38,218 nucleotides of DNA from a virus. Taxonomy: Duplodnaviria; Caudoviricetes. Position numbers and translations under genes: made by a program. Where the stretch lies: positions 1 to 38,218 of IMG/VR virus record IMGVR_UViG_3300024996_000140; one strand, given 5' to 3'. How positions within the stretch are numbered: the first letter of the stretch is position 1; every line of letters begins with the position of its first letter. Shown piece after piece: positions 27,427 to 36,532 of the stretch. Under the pieces are notes generated by a model. The model was not told the origin of the DNA. It saw only the letters and a list, made by a program, of their open reading frames with translations, and did not search any database.

Positions 27427-27765
27427 CTACGGCGGCCGGTCCACCCGATCGCCCGGCCACGGGATGACGGGCGCCACGGCCGCGCGCTTCAGCACCGGGA
27501 TCACGCGCTCGCCGAGCGCCAGTCGCTCGACGTACATGCCGCGGCGCGCCGCGTACTCCGTCGCCTCGTCACGCGCGGCGAACAGCACCAGCCGGCTACG
27601 CTCGCGCGCACCTTCCCGGAACCCTGAGTGCGCCGCCCAGACGGCCACCGGCGCTTCCGGCTCGTCATCACCGACCCTCGCTCGCCACGCCTCGGCGAGC
27701 GCGTCCACGGCGCGCACAGCGCCGATACCAGCCAGCGCGGCCACGATCCACGCCGCGGCCCTCAC
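27427..27765 (-). CDS. Hypothetical protein with N-terminal hydrophobic segment
   Basis: GTGA overlap, coupled in operon. Confidence 0.6.
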   Translation of the reverse strand: MRAAAWIVAALAGIGAVRAVDALAEAWRARVGDDEPEAPVAVWAAHSGFREGARERSRLVLFAARDEATEYAARRGMYVERLALGERVIPVLKRAAVAPVIPWPGDRVDRPP

Positions 27766-28010
27766 TGGTTACGCTCCCGAAAATCGGGCCACACCATGAG
27801 CGCCGCCTCGGAGACGATCGTGGCGGCCCGGGAGGCGCCCAGCGCCTCGCGCTGCTCCTGCGTCGGCTCGCCGAACTTGCGCCAGCCGAGGGTGTCGCGC
27901 ACCTCGTCGATCGCGACCAGCACGGCACGCACCGCGTCCTCCACGTCGCCGGCCGCGTCGGCCTGGCGCAGCGCGCCGGCGAGTGATCTGCGGGCAGTGG
28001 TCATCGTCAT
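27762..28010 (-). CDS. Hypothetical protein (82 aa)
   Basis: Coupled overlaps. Confidence 0.6.
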   Translation of the reverse strand: MTMTTARRSLAGALRQADAAGDVEDAVRAVLVAIDEVRDTLGWRKFGEPTQEQREALGASRAATIVSEAALMVWPDFRERNQ

Positions 28011-28216
28011 CACCAAACACCCCGCGCGGAGTGACCGTCGGTCGGGTCGAAGGCCGTCGCCCACATGATGGCGATGCGAAGGCCCCCGTCCGGATCGGCT
28101 CCGAGCATGCGCATGCGCGTCGCATATCTGTCGTACTTGGCTGCGCGCTCGAACGCATCACGGTCGATCAGAATGAGGAGCCGCGGCTGCAACCAATTGC
28201 GTATCCGCCGAATCAC
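28010..28216 (-). CDS. Hypothetical protein (68 aa)
   Basis: GTGA overlap with upstream stop. Confidence 0.5.
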   Translation of the reverse strand: MIRRIRNWLQPRLLILIDRDAFERAAKYDRYATRMRMLGADPDGGLRIAIMWATAFDPTDGHSARGVW

Positions 28217-28596
28217 CGAGGATCGCCGCCGTTCGCCAGTTCCAGCAGCACGTCGGCGTGGCAGGGCATGTCGAGATCGCACCAGCAGGCCAAGTCACGG
28301 CCAGCGAGCTCGGTGCGGATCCGATCCAGCAATGGATAGGTCCACTTGGCGCGGCCACGATGGCCGTCGGCGTACCGCCAGTTCGGGTACTCCAGATAGC
28401 CGCGCCGCGCCAGCACCTCGAAGTCCCGGACGACTAGTGTCGCTACCTGCCGCTCATCCAGCGACGGATACTGCCCGGCGACGTCGGACAGCGAGATCGG
28501 GTTGCCGTACAGCGTGCGCCGGTCCACGATCACGGCGTCGGGATGCTCGGCGCGCCACGGCTGGGTGCGCGTCATCTGAATGCGTTGAGGCATCAC
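28213..28596 (-). CDS. DUF4326-like protein
   Basis: PQRIQMTR...VDRRTLYGNP...ELAGRDLACWC...CHADVLLELAN. Confidence 0.85.
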   Translation of the reverse strand: MMPQRIQMTRTQPWRAEHPDAVIVDRRTLYGNPISLSDVAGQYPSLDERQVATLVVRDFEVLARRGYLEYPNWRYADGHRGRAKWTYPLLDRIRTELAGRDLACWCDLDMPCHADVLLELANGGDPR

Positions 28597-28599
28597 GCG

Positions 28600-28881
28600 T
28601 CACCGCCAGTCCTTGGCCGGCGGCGTCGGGATTGTCACCGATCGTCGATGCCGCGCGCGCCACGGGGTGCGCACGGGATCCGGCGCAGGCTCGTAGATGA
28701 TCACGGGCTTGCGCGCCTCGGCCGCCGCGCGATCGATCGCCTCAATCACGCCGCCGACTGTCACGCCGCGTATGAGCACGGTCTGTCCGGACCGCAGGAA
28801 CACGGCGATGTGGTCCTCGTGGTGCTGTTGCACGGCGGCGATGTCGGCCGGGGCCACCCATGCGCTTCCGATGCGGATCAC
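28600..28881 (-). CDS. Hypothetical protein (93 aa)
   Basis: GTG start overlapping stop; IRIGSAWVAPADIAAV. Confidence 0.6.
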   Translation of the reverse strand: MIRIGSAWVAPADIAAVQQHHEDHIAVFLRSGQTVLIRGVTVGGVIEAIDRAAAEARKPVIIYEPAPDPVRTPWRARHRRSVTIPTPPAKDWR

Positions 28882-29072
28882 AGGGGCACCTCCGCGTCGC
28901 GGAGCCGGCACCAGTGCGCTGGTGCGCGGGTGAGGACCTCGCGGGACTCCCGGTTACAGCACGGCTCGCCGATGGGGGCGTGGCAGTACTCGCAGGGCAC
29001 CGAGGTGGCCAGGAGTCGCTGTTCTCTCATCTCCGCCCGGATCCGGCCCGGGCCCACCGCGTAGACGGTCAT
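28878..29072 (-). CDS. Small zinc-finger protein (64 aa)
   Basis: VPCEYCHAPIGEPC...H..R. Confidence 0.7.
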   Translation of the reverse strand: MTVYAVGPGRIRAEMREQRLLATSVPCEYCHAPIGEPCCNRESREVLTRAPAHWCRLRDAEVPL

Positions 29073-29614
29073 GACGCGGCCCGGTGCAGCTTGACGTGAT
29101 CGAACGCCGCGGCGATAGCCGCCGGCCACAGGTCGAAGGACGACACGTCCCGGTCGCACGCGGTGCAGATGACGGCCCAGTCGCCGATGTCTCGGCGGAC
29201 CTCGACGTGTCCGGCGGCGCGTATGCGGCGGCGCCGGGCGCGGGCCCGCCAGATCGCCTGCTGCCTTTTCATCGCCGCCCGGCACGGGTCGCAGATCGGT
29301 TCGCCGCGCCGCTTGTGCCGGTTGAACCCGGTGTAGGTGCCGCACTCCGCCCGGGAGCGCCGTTTCAACACAGTCGGCCGCGGCGGCGCCGGCGGCGCTG
29401 CCGGCGTGACGGTCGCCCGGGTGGGTTGGGCCGTCCGGGCCGGCGGGGACGCCGGGACGGGCAGCAGCTTGAGCCGGCCCTCGGCGAGATCGTCGAGGAC
29501 CCGCTCCACCCGGGACACCCCGACGCCGAGCCGGGCCGCGACGTCGATCGCGTCCAGGCCCACGTCCAGCAGCCGCGCGATCGCGGCCGTCGTCTCAGTC
29601 CTCGTCGGTGTCAT
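29069..29614 (-). CDS. HTH plus Zn-motif DNA-binding protein (181 aa)
   Basis: DVAARLGVGVSRVERV; CGTYTGFNRHKRRGEPICDPC. Confidence 0.7.
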   Translation of the reverse strand: MTPTRTETTAAIARLLDVGLDAIDVAARLGVGVSRVERVLDDLAEGRLKLLPVPASPPARTAQPTRATVTPAAPPAPPRPTVLKRRSRAECGTYTGFNRHKRRGEPICDPCRAAMKRQQAIWRARARRRRIRAAGHVEVRRDIGDWAVICTACDRDVSSFDLWPAAIAAAFDHVKLHRAAS

Positions 29615-31115
29615 CGCCCGGCCCGTCGTCATCGTCCGGCTCCTCGCCGTCTTCGTCGTCGTCCTCGTCCTCGTCTTCGTCGTCGTCTTCGTCGTCGCCG
29701 TCGTCGCCGGCGGCGCGCTCGGCGAGCTCGGCACGCACCTGCGCGATCCACTCCTGCTCCACCTCGGAGAGGCTGTAGCCGAGGGACGCGAGGTGCTCGA
29801 GGTAGGCGACCGCGATCGCCGAGCCGGCGCCGCGGATGATGCGGATCTCGATCCGGGCGGCGCACGACGCCCACAGGATCGCCGTGTGCCGGGTCGGCGG
29901 CTGCGCCCACACAAACTCGCGCACCGCCTGCGCCGACGGCTCGACGGTCAGGCCCAGGATCGGGGCGAGCTGCTGGCAGTCGTCCCAGTACGGTTCCGCG
30001 ACCGACCGGTACGACTCCGCGTCCCGGCGGGCCGCCCGGGCCAGCGCCCACTCGAGGACCTCCCGCGGCTGGTCCTTCCGCGCCACCACGCTGCGCAGGA
30101 ACTCAACGCGCACCTGCCGGGCGGTCGCCCACCGGGCGGCGAACTCATCCTCGGCGGCCTGCTCCGCCTCGCGCGCCGCGATATCCTCCGCGGACATGTC
30201 CGGGTCGGTGCCGATCGTGTTCACGTGCCCGTTGGCTTCCCAGTCGAGGCACACGTATTTCTTCTCGACCTTCGGCTCGGAGCTGTACCGGTTCACCGAC
30301 AGGTACACGGCGTCGCCCGGGCAGCGGCGGTGCGTCAGCGCGGTGATCTTCTTCCCCTGCGGGGAGCGCAGGTCCTCCAGCAGCGCCGGCCGCTCCGTCG
30401 AGTCCCATCTCGAGGTGCGCGGCCTCTTTGTCGTCACGGTGAGCCCGGCGTCTTTCGCCTCCTGGCGGGCGGCGGCCATCACCTCGGCGGTCTTGCGTTC
30501 GCGGCGCAGATCCGCGACCTCGTACTCCGTGTGGCCGTTCGTCGTGGCGGCCAGGAGCCGCTTCACCGCGCCGGCGTCGTCCTGGAACTCGACCAGCGCG
30601 GCCAGGTCCTCGAGCGTCGCTTCACGCTCGTACGCCTTCTCGGCGAGATCAGTGCGCAGCGTCGCCGCGGCGCGGGCCATCTCGACCCGCTGCACCGGGC
30701 GTGCCGTGGCCCGGGCGACCGCCTCCACGTCGATACCGAGATCGAGCATGATCTGCGTCGCCCGCACCTCCTCGGCGACCGTGAACCCGTCACGCACCAG
30801 ACCGGTCACGGCCATGGTCTGCGCCGTCTGTCGGGCGGAGGCAAGATCCGGGCGCACAATGCACGGCAACACGGCGCCGGCGCGGGTCGCCGCGGCCTGC
30901 CGCCGGTTCCCGTCGATCGCCACATGCGTCACACCCGCCGGGAAGGTGTGCCCCTCCACGGTCTCGACCGGGACCACGATCAGGGGCACCAGCACACCCA
31001 CCTCGGCGATCGACGCCGCCAGGGCGTCCAAGCCCCGGGACGCGTCCCGCACGTTATCCGGGTGCTGCGCCACCACACCCGGATCCAAATCCATCACAAC
31101 AGCCTCGGCAGCCAT
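29595..31115 (-). CDS. ParB/Srx N-terminal domain protein with acidic tail
   Basis: HPDNVR...LAASIAEVGVLVPLIV...IDGNRRQAA, HTH-like region; start within a few codons. Confidence 0.85.
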   Translation of the reverse strand: MAAEAVVMDLDPGVVAQHPDNVRDASRGLDALAASIAEVGVLVPLIVVPVETVEGHTFPAGVTHVAIDGNRRQAAATRAGAVLPCIVRPDLASARQTAQTMAVTGLVRDGFTVAEEVRATQIMLDLGIDVEAVARATARPVQRVEMARAAATLRTDLAEKAYEREATLEDLAALVEFQDDAGAVKRLLAATTNGHTEYEVADLRRERKTAEVMAAARQEAKDAGLTVTTKRPRTSRWDSTERPALLEDLRSPQGKKITALTHRRCPGDAVYLSVNRYSSEPKVEKKYVCLDWEANGHVNTIGTDPDMSAEDIAAREAEQAAEDEFAARWATARQVRVEFLRSVVARKDQPREVLEWALARAARRDAESYRSVAEPYWDDCQQLAPILGLTVEPSAQAVREFVWAQPPTRHTAILWASCAARIEIRIIRGAGSAIAVAYLEHLASLGYSLSEVEQEWIAQVRAELAERAAGDDGDDEDDDEDEDEDDDEDGEEPDDDDGPGDDTDED

Positions 31116-31170
31116 CACTACAATTCCTCCACTTTCCTTCACAGACAACAGGTTTCAGCCCACCCGCCGG

Positions 31171-31338
31171 TTACGAGTGGAGCGGCCATCTCCGTTTCAC
31201 CGGGGCGATCCGCGGCAGCGGATGCACATCCAGCACCAAGTACTTTTCGAACTCCACATGCAGCGCCGCACCCGCCAGATACGGCGTCTGACAGCAGTCA
31301 CACCGGCCATCCGCGGCCGCCTTCCGCGACGTGGTCAT
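31171..31338 (-). CDS. Small Cys-rich ORF, possibly frameshifted (55 aa; absent from ORF track)
   Basis: ATGA overlap; MTTSRKAAADGRCDCCQTPYLAG... Confidence 0.45.
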   Translation of the reverse strand: MTTSRKAAADGRCDCCQTPYLAGAALHVEFEKYLVLDVHPLPRIAPVKRRWPLHS

Positions 31339-31964
31339 TGGGTGTCACTCGTCTCGGACGCGGGCGACCAGCCGAGCTCGCGCATCATCTGATGCATCGC
31401 CTCGGCGCTGACCCGGTAGACGCCCGGCTCGTCCTGGCGCAGATGGCACCGCTGAGTTGTGCCCGGGTGCGACCAGTAGACGCCGGGTAGCTCGACCGCC
31501 TCGAGCGCTGATCCTGAACGCTCGTCCAGGGGAGCGAGATCCAGCATCCACGCCACGATCTCGTCCAGATCGTCAGTGACGAGATTGGCCATCTTCGCCA
31601 TCAGTTCCGGCTCCTCGCCATCGCGGGTGAGGATCGCCGTGCGCTTGCCGGCCCCGGCGCACCAGCCCAGCTCGAGGTGCGCGGAGCGGCCGGCCGGCAG
31701 CAGCAACACACACACATCCGCCCACTGCATCGCCTCGAAATCCGAGCGGAACCCCTCGACCGCGCGCGGATGCTCCAGGGCGGCGACGTACTCATCTGCC
31801 GTCCACGACTGCCAATCCGGATCGATCTCCGACCACGCGAACCCGGTCGCGTTCGGCGGGTTCCGGAAGTCGTAGACCTCGTGACCCGCAGACCGCAGAT
31901 GCGCGACCACCGCCGGCTGGCCCGGGTGCCGCCACGACGACGCCAAATAGATGCGCGCCATCAC
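31335..31964 (-). CDS. Nucleoside 2-deoxyribosyltransferase-like protein with C-terminal extension
   Basis: IYLASSWR, HEVYDF, DFEAMQWAD, GRSAHLELGW. Confidence 0.75.
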   Translation of the reverse strand: MMARIYLASSWRHPGQPAVVAHLRSAGHEVYDFRNPPNATGFAWSEIDPDWQSWTADEYVAALEHPRAVEGFRSDFEAMQWADVCVLLLPAGRSAHLELGWCAGAGKRTAILTRDGEEPELMAKMANLVTDDLDEIVAWMLDLAPLDERSGSALEAVELPGVYWSHPGTTQRCHLRQDEPGVYRVSAEAMHQMMRELGWSPASETSDTQ

Positions 31965-32428
31965 CGATCACCCGCCTCGAGTGCGAGCAACTGCCGCGGC
32001 ATCTCGCCGGCCACGATCGCCCGCTCTACCGCCGGCAGGATGTGCTCGGCGACCGTGGCGCCGTCCGGCATCACCGTGTACGGCAGGAACTCCTGCTCGA
32101 ACGTGGTGATTCCGGTCTCGATCACGTCGAGCTTCGCTTTGATCGCCAGCGTCAGCGATCGCCACCGGCGGCGCACTTCGGCCTCCATCGCCTTCGTTGC
32201 TTCCGGCTGCTTGCGGCGTCTCCCGCCAGGCGAGACGGTGAACCCCTCCCAGTCGGTCGGCACCTCCAGGTTGAAGCGGATCGTGCGGCTGTGCGCGATG
32301 AACGTGACGAACGCGCTCTCGCCATCCCAGCCGGTCGCGAAGCTCCCCGCGCCGTACTTGCGGATCAGACCGGCTATCTCCATCTGGGAGCGCTCCGGCG
32401 TGACCGTGGTGCCCTCTGCGTACGCCAT
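31961..32428 (-). CDS. Conserved phage hypothetical protein (155 aa)
   Basis: MAYAEGTTV..ERSQMEI...RRWRSL...IKAKL...FEQEFLP. Confidence 0.75.
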   Translation of the reverse strand: MAYAEGTTVTPERSQMEIAGLIRKYGAGSFATGWDGESAFVTFIAHSRTIRFNLEVPTDWEGFTVSPGGRRRKQPEATKAMEAEVRRRWRSLTLAIKAKLDVIETGITTFEQEFLPYTVMPDGATVAEHILPAVERAIVAGEMPRQLLALEAGDR

Positions 32429-32742
32429 CACGCCACCGCCTCGGCCAGGGCGGTCAGCACAGCGCGGGCCTGACTCGTGAGGAACTCGCGCTCGGCATCG
32501 GTGATCGACTGCCACTCGGATTCGGTCACACTGTCCGGCTCGTCGTATTCGGAGGCATGCAGCGCCCGCGCCACAGCCTCCACCTGCCGCGCGTCGTCCG
32601 GGTTGGGGCGGACGGTGGCGAGAGTGGCAGACAGCCAGCGGTCGAACGCGGCGCGCGCTTCATCAACCGCTGTCGACTCAGCGATAAGGGCATTGACGTA
32701 CTGAACGCGCACGTACTCCGTCGGCGGCGTGTAGGTGCTCAT
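32428..32742 (-). CDS. Hypothetical protein (104 aa)
   Basis: MSTYTP...FDRWL...VEAVARALH. Confidence 0.65.
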   Translation of the reverse strand: MSTYTPPTEYVRVQYVNALIAESTAVDEARAAFDRWLSATLATVRPNPDDARQVEAVARALHASEYDEPDSVTESEWQSITDAEREFLTSQARAVLTALAEAVA

Positions 32743-32966
32743 GCGGCGGCGCTCCTGTGGCCGGCGGCGCGCAGGGCGCGGTGCCGGCGGCGTAGCTCGC
32801 CGTCTTCGTCCGGGATCGGTCCGAGGGGCCGGGCGCCGATCCACCGGGTGCGCTCCATGGCGGTGTTGTGCGCCGTCTGGTAGGCGGCGTAGGTGCCGAG
32901 GGCGATCGCGACGACGGCCTGCACCGCGTAGGGGATCGCCGCGGCGATGATCTGCGTGGTGGTCAC
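32739..32966 (-). CDS. Small membrane protein
   Basis: N-terminal TM; coupled overlaps. Confidence 0.6.
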   Translation of the reverse strand: MTTTQIIAAAIPYAVQAVVAIALGTYAAYQTAHNTAMERTRWIGARPLGPIPDEDGELRRRHRALRAAGHRSAAA

Positions 32967-33772
32967 GACTCGTCACCGCCGTCGAGGTCGATCGTGAGCG
33001 TGGTCAGATCGACCGGCGCGTCGGTCTCTTTGGTTTCGGGTGCGCCGGTGTTGGGCGGGTCGGGTGGCAGCTCCGGGAGCACAGAGGACAGGGAGCCGAA
33101 GCTATCGAGCCATCCGCGCCGCGACGTGTCCCACCAGTCTTCGTCCGCGCCGGTGACCTGCCGGCACATCAGAGCGCCGACGAACGACTCGCCGCAGGAC
33201 ACCACGACCGCCCGGGCGCCGGCTACTGGTTCGGCGAGTAGCTCCCACTCGAAGGCGCGGGTCGCGGCGGTGAATCGGGCCATGTAGTCGCCGGGCATCG
33301 GCAGCTGGGACGCTGGGGCGCGGTTTCGCCACAGGCCGGCCAGGATGGTGGGCACGTCCGGCCAGCGCGGATGCGGGGTCGCGGGCACGATCGTGAGTGA
33401 CGTGCCCGGAAACAGGCCGCTGACATCTGTTACCGTGAGCGCCTTCTCGGTGACGTCGAGGCGCACGACCGGGTTGTCGTCCTTGTTCGCCGGCCGGAAC
33501 ACCTTCAAAAGCAGCCGGGCCATCTCCGGGTACAGGTCGAAGCAGCCGAGGACTTGCGGGCGGTCCACCAGGTGCACGCCTGCCAGCGCCATGGTGAAGC
33601 GGTCGGTTGCGCCGACGTGCACGCCGGCCGCGGTGACGAACACGCGCAGCCGGGCGAGATCCGGCGTCACCTTCGCATCGGCCACGTGCGGCAAAGTTGA
33701 CAGCAACGCCCCGCGGAGTGATCGGAGTTTCGCCGAGAACTGGAAGTCCACAAGCGTTTTCGTCTTAGCCAC
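32963..33772 (-). CDS. Sliding clamp (DnaN)-like protein, partial (269 aa)
   Basis: VGATDRFTMA resembles the DnaN ATDR/GxRLA motif; WPDV; ALM. Confidence 0.55.
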   Translation of the reverse strand: MAKTKTLVDFQFSAKLRSLRGALLSTLPHVADAKVTPDLARLRVFVTAAGVHVGATDRFTMALAGVHLVDRPQVLGCFDLYPEMARLLLKVFRPANKDDNPVVRLDVTEKALTVTDVSGLFPGTSLTIVPATPHPRWPDVPTILAGLWRNRAPASQLPMPGDYMARFTAATRAFEWELLAEPVAGARAVVVSCGESFVGALMCRQVTGADEDWWDTSRRGWLDSFGSLSSVLPELPPDPPNTGAPETKETDAPVDLTTLTIDLDGGDES

Positions 33773-34127
33773 GGCTATCGACCACCCATCCGACGATGAA
33801 CAGGAACAGAGCAAACGACACGATCCCGATACCGACCGAGGCGCCGAGGAACACCGCGAACGGGATCCCGATCGCGAACGTGAGCGCGAACGCCGCGGAG
33901 ATCAGCACCACGCCGAGGTGCCGGCGCCACGCACGCCGCGCCGGCCGGGGCCAGGCGTCAGCGGTCGGCGGGGTGATGACGATCATGTTGGGCGGCACGT
34001 CGAAGATCCGGGCGAGCCGCTCAACGATCAAGGCGTGCTGCGTGCACCACGGGCAGATGCAGCCCGGCCGGTAGTCGTGCCGCTCAAGGAACACACGCCC
34101 GGCACGGGTGCGAGGGTGCGGGCTCAT
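33765..34127 (-). CDS. Membrane protein with Cys/His motif (120 aa)
   Basis: H...GCICPWC; two C-terminal TMs. Confidence 0.65.
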   Translation of the reverse strand: MSPHPRTRAGRVFLERHDYRPGCICPWCTQHALIVERLARIFDVPPNMIVITPPTADAWPRPARRAWRRHLGVVLISAAFALTFAIGIPFAVFLGASVGIGIVSFALFLFIVGWVVDSRG

Positions 34128-35125
34128 CGAGGCTCACCCGCCTCGGCGCGGTAATCCGACACGAGACGGTGCAGCTCGGCGGCGATCGAGTCCACGACCG
34201 CGCCGGCCCCGATCATCCGCAACTCGGCGGCGCCCACAGGAAGGCGGCGGATCACGTCGCCGATCAGGTCCGACAGCCCGTAGGCCGCGAGCTGCAGCCG
34301 GTGCCAGCGCCCCGCCGGCGTGTCCGGGGCGGGGATCTCCGTGCGCCCCGGCTCCGGTGAGGCGTGACGCGCCGCCGGGCCACGCCCCACCGGGGCCTCG
34401 TCCGCGCCCGGTACGCCGGCCCCCGCCGGCACACCATCGGACGGCGCGACGTCCGACAGTTCCTCACCGAACGCGAAAGACTCCAAGGTGCCGTCCGGCA
34501 CGGCGCGGGGAGAGTCGTCCCGCGCCGTGTCGGAGGCGTCTCCTACAGTCGCCTCATCCCGGGTGTGTCCAGCACCCGGCGCAACCGAAGGAGAGTCACT
34601 ATGGGTGAAGCCGCGGACATCGCGCGGGGAGCCATGCCCCTCAGCGCCCGGGTCTACAACACCACGCAGCCAGGGCCGCAGACGTACCAAGACCTCGGAA
34701 ACGCGATCCTTAAGCTCGTCCGGGCGGTCGAGAACCTCGACGAGCGACTCCACCGCATCGAGCGTGTCGTGAGCCGATAGCTGCCGCTCAATCACCGCGG
34801 GGCCGTGCAGCACGCACGACGGGTTGTAGACACCGGCCAGCGACAGTGGCTCGAACGTCAGACACGAACAGCGCGGGTCACTCGCCGGCAGATCGACGTC
34901 CAGACCTAGGTCGGTCAATGATTCGACCGAGGTGCGAACGACGCCGCGGATCCGGTCAAGCGCGTCGGCCGCGGCGATGAACGTGCGCGCGGCCGGGCCG
35001 TGGACGCGCTCCGCCCAGTCCCGCCAATCCATCAGCTCGTCGTCGCCCTCTACGGGCTCGTCCGTGCCGCAGTCGTCGGCGCCCAGCGCCCACGCGAGCC
35101 GGCGCCACTCCTGCACGTCGCTCAT
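34124..35125 (-). CDS. Hypothetical protein spanning a nested antisense gene (333 aa)
   Basis: ATGA overlaps at both ends; MSDVQEWRR start. Confidence 0.55.
   Translation of the reverse strand: MSDVQEWRRLAWALGADDCGTDEPVEGDDELMDWRDWAERVHGPAARTFIAAADALDRIRGVVRTSVESLTDLGLDVDLPASDPRCSCLTFEPLSLAGVYNPSCVLHGPAVIERQLSAHDTLDAVESLVEVLDRPDELKDRVSEVLVRLRPWLRGVVDPGAEGHGSPRDVRGFTHSDSPSVAPGAGHTRDEATVGDASDTARDDSPRAVPDGTLESFAFGEELSDVAPSDGVPAGAGVPGADEAPVGRGPAARHASPEPGRTEIPAPDTPAGRWHRLQLAAYGLSDLIGDVIRRLPVGAAELRMIGAGAVVDSIAAELHRLVSDYRAEAGEPR
34601..34780 (+). CDS. Nested antisense coiled-coil protein (59 aa)
   Basis: TACAGT -10-like at 34544; AAGGAG 7 nt before ATG; LGNAILKLVRAVENLDERLHRIERVV heptads. Confidence 0.6.
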   Translation: MGEAADIARGAMPLSARVYNTTQPGPQTYQDLGNAILKLVRAVENLDERLHRIERVVSR

Positions 35126-35322
35126 GCGGACACCGCCCGGGACACGGTCCGGGGCCGGCGGGTCGGCCGCACCCGGGAGCCATCGACCCGGCGCACCGCG
35201 GTGCAGCCGAGGCACTTCTCGATCACGGGTGCTCCCGGCCGCCACGGCCGGTGATGCACCCACCGGATCGCCGTGCACGTATCGTCGTGCATCGCCGCCG
35301 GGCGCCACACCGGGCCCGTCAT
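35122..35322 (-). CDS. Small Cys/His protein (66 aa)
   Basis: H...C...KCLGC; ATGA overlaps. Confidence 0.55.
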   Translation of the reverse strand: MTGPVWRPAAMHDDTCTAIRWVHHRPWRPGAPVIEKCLGCTAVRRVDGSRVRPTRRPRTVSRAVSA

Positions 35323-35642
35323 CGCGTCACCGCCGGCGCCCACAGCTGCGCGCACTCGGTGACGAACGCGACCACATCGGCGCGGCGCGGCGCGCGCGGC
35401 ATCTCGCGAACCACGAGGCCGTCTGGGCCGTCGAGCCACGCCTGATAGCCGGTCCAGATGGCGTCGTTCTTCGGCCACCAGGTGTCACGGATCTCGACCC
35501 GGAAGTCGCCGGCGCGGACGGTCGCGCCGTAGTTCGCCCGGTTCACGACGTCCACGCTGCCGCGGGGCAGCTCGTGGACTTCGACGACGTGACCGGCAGC
35601 GTGCAGCGCCTCGGCCAGCCGATCCCACCGCGGGCTACTCAC
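35319..35642 (-). CDS. Hypothetical early protein
   Basis: GTGA overlap with cro stop. Confidence 0.65.
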   Translation of the reverse strand: MSSPRWDRLAEALHAAGHVVEVHELPRGSVDVVNRANYGATVRAGDFRVEIRDTWWPKNDAIWTGYQAWLDGPDGLVVREMPRAPRRADVVAFVTECAQLWAPAVTR

Positions 35643-35890
35643 GACGCCACCGACCGATTCGCTGGTGGTTCGGCGAGTAGTTCCGACGTTGAGATGCCGA
35701 GTACTTCCGCGATGGTCGCGAGTTCGCCAGCCGTAATGGGCACTTGCCCCAGTAGCCGCCGCGATACTGCCGCGCCACTCACTCCCAACCGGTCCGCAAG
35801 CGCGGCACGCGATACGCGGCGTCTCGCGACCTCCGCGCGGACCTGATCAGCCACGCGCGTCGTGTTCGATGTAACGGAATGCGTTCTCAT
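35639..35890 (-). CDS. Cro-like XRE HTH regulator (83 aa)
   Basis: VRAEVARRRVSRAALADRLGVSGAAVSRRL; divergent from repressor. Confidence 0.88.
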   Translation of the reverse strand: MRTHSVTSNTTRVADQVRAEVARRRVSRAALADRLGVSGAAVSRRLLGQVPITAGELATIAEVLGISTSELLAEPPANRSVAS

Positions 35891-35926
35891 GTCCGCAACT
35901 GTGAACGCTTTCCGTTCACATGTCAA
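35869..35926 (-). promoter_or_regulatory. Early lytic promoter with two operators
   Basis: TTGACA(35926)-17-CACAGT-7-ATG; palindrome TGTGAACG-N5-CGTTCACA at 35900-35920; related site at 35869-35889. Confidence 0.8.
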
Positions 35927-35967
35927 GCCAGACGGAGACTTCTATCCATTCAATTTCTCAAGGTGGG

Positions 35968-36003
35968 TTCCACTGTCACGCATAGCGTGATAATCTTCGC
36001 TCC
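35968..36003 (+). promoter_or_regulatory. Repressor promoter with operator
   Basis: TTCCAC-17-TAATCT-7-ATG; palindrome TCACGC-ATA-GCGTGA at 35976-35990. Confidence 0.7.
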
Positions 36004-36349
<346 letters not shown>

Positions 36350-36532
36350 ATGCGCCGGTCGAACGCCCCCGGAGCCTCGTCCACTGTACAGCCTCACCGC
36401 TTCCGCCGAGAAACCGGCTGGTCGAGGTGGTCATAGCGCCGCCGGTCCGCACCGCACCGGGTGGGCGATGCTGCGTCGGCCGGTCCCTCATGCGAGGCCA
36501 TTGTCGCCGGCGGGGATCAATGCGCGGTCGCG

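Noticed and set aside
29600-29710. (TCG/TCC)n repeat as an array or CRISPR
   Set aside because: Simply encodes the Asp/Glu tail; no repeat-spacer structure or cas genes in the window
29337-31490. 717-aa + strand ORF, and similar long ORFs such as 18615..20372, 8356..10008 and 22842..24305
   Set aside because: Antisense shadows of well-supported genes; Arg/Gly/Pro-rich with no motifs, as expected in high-GC DNA
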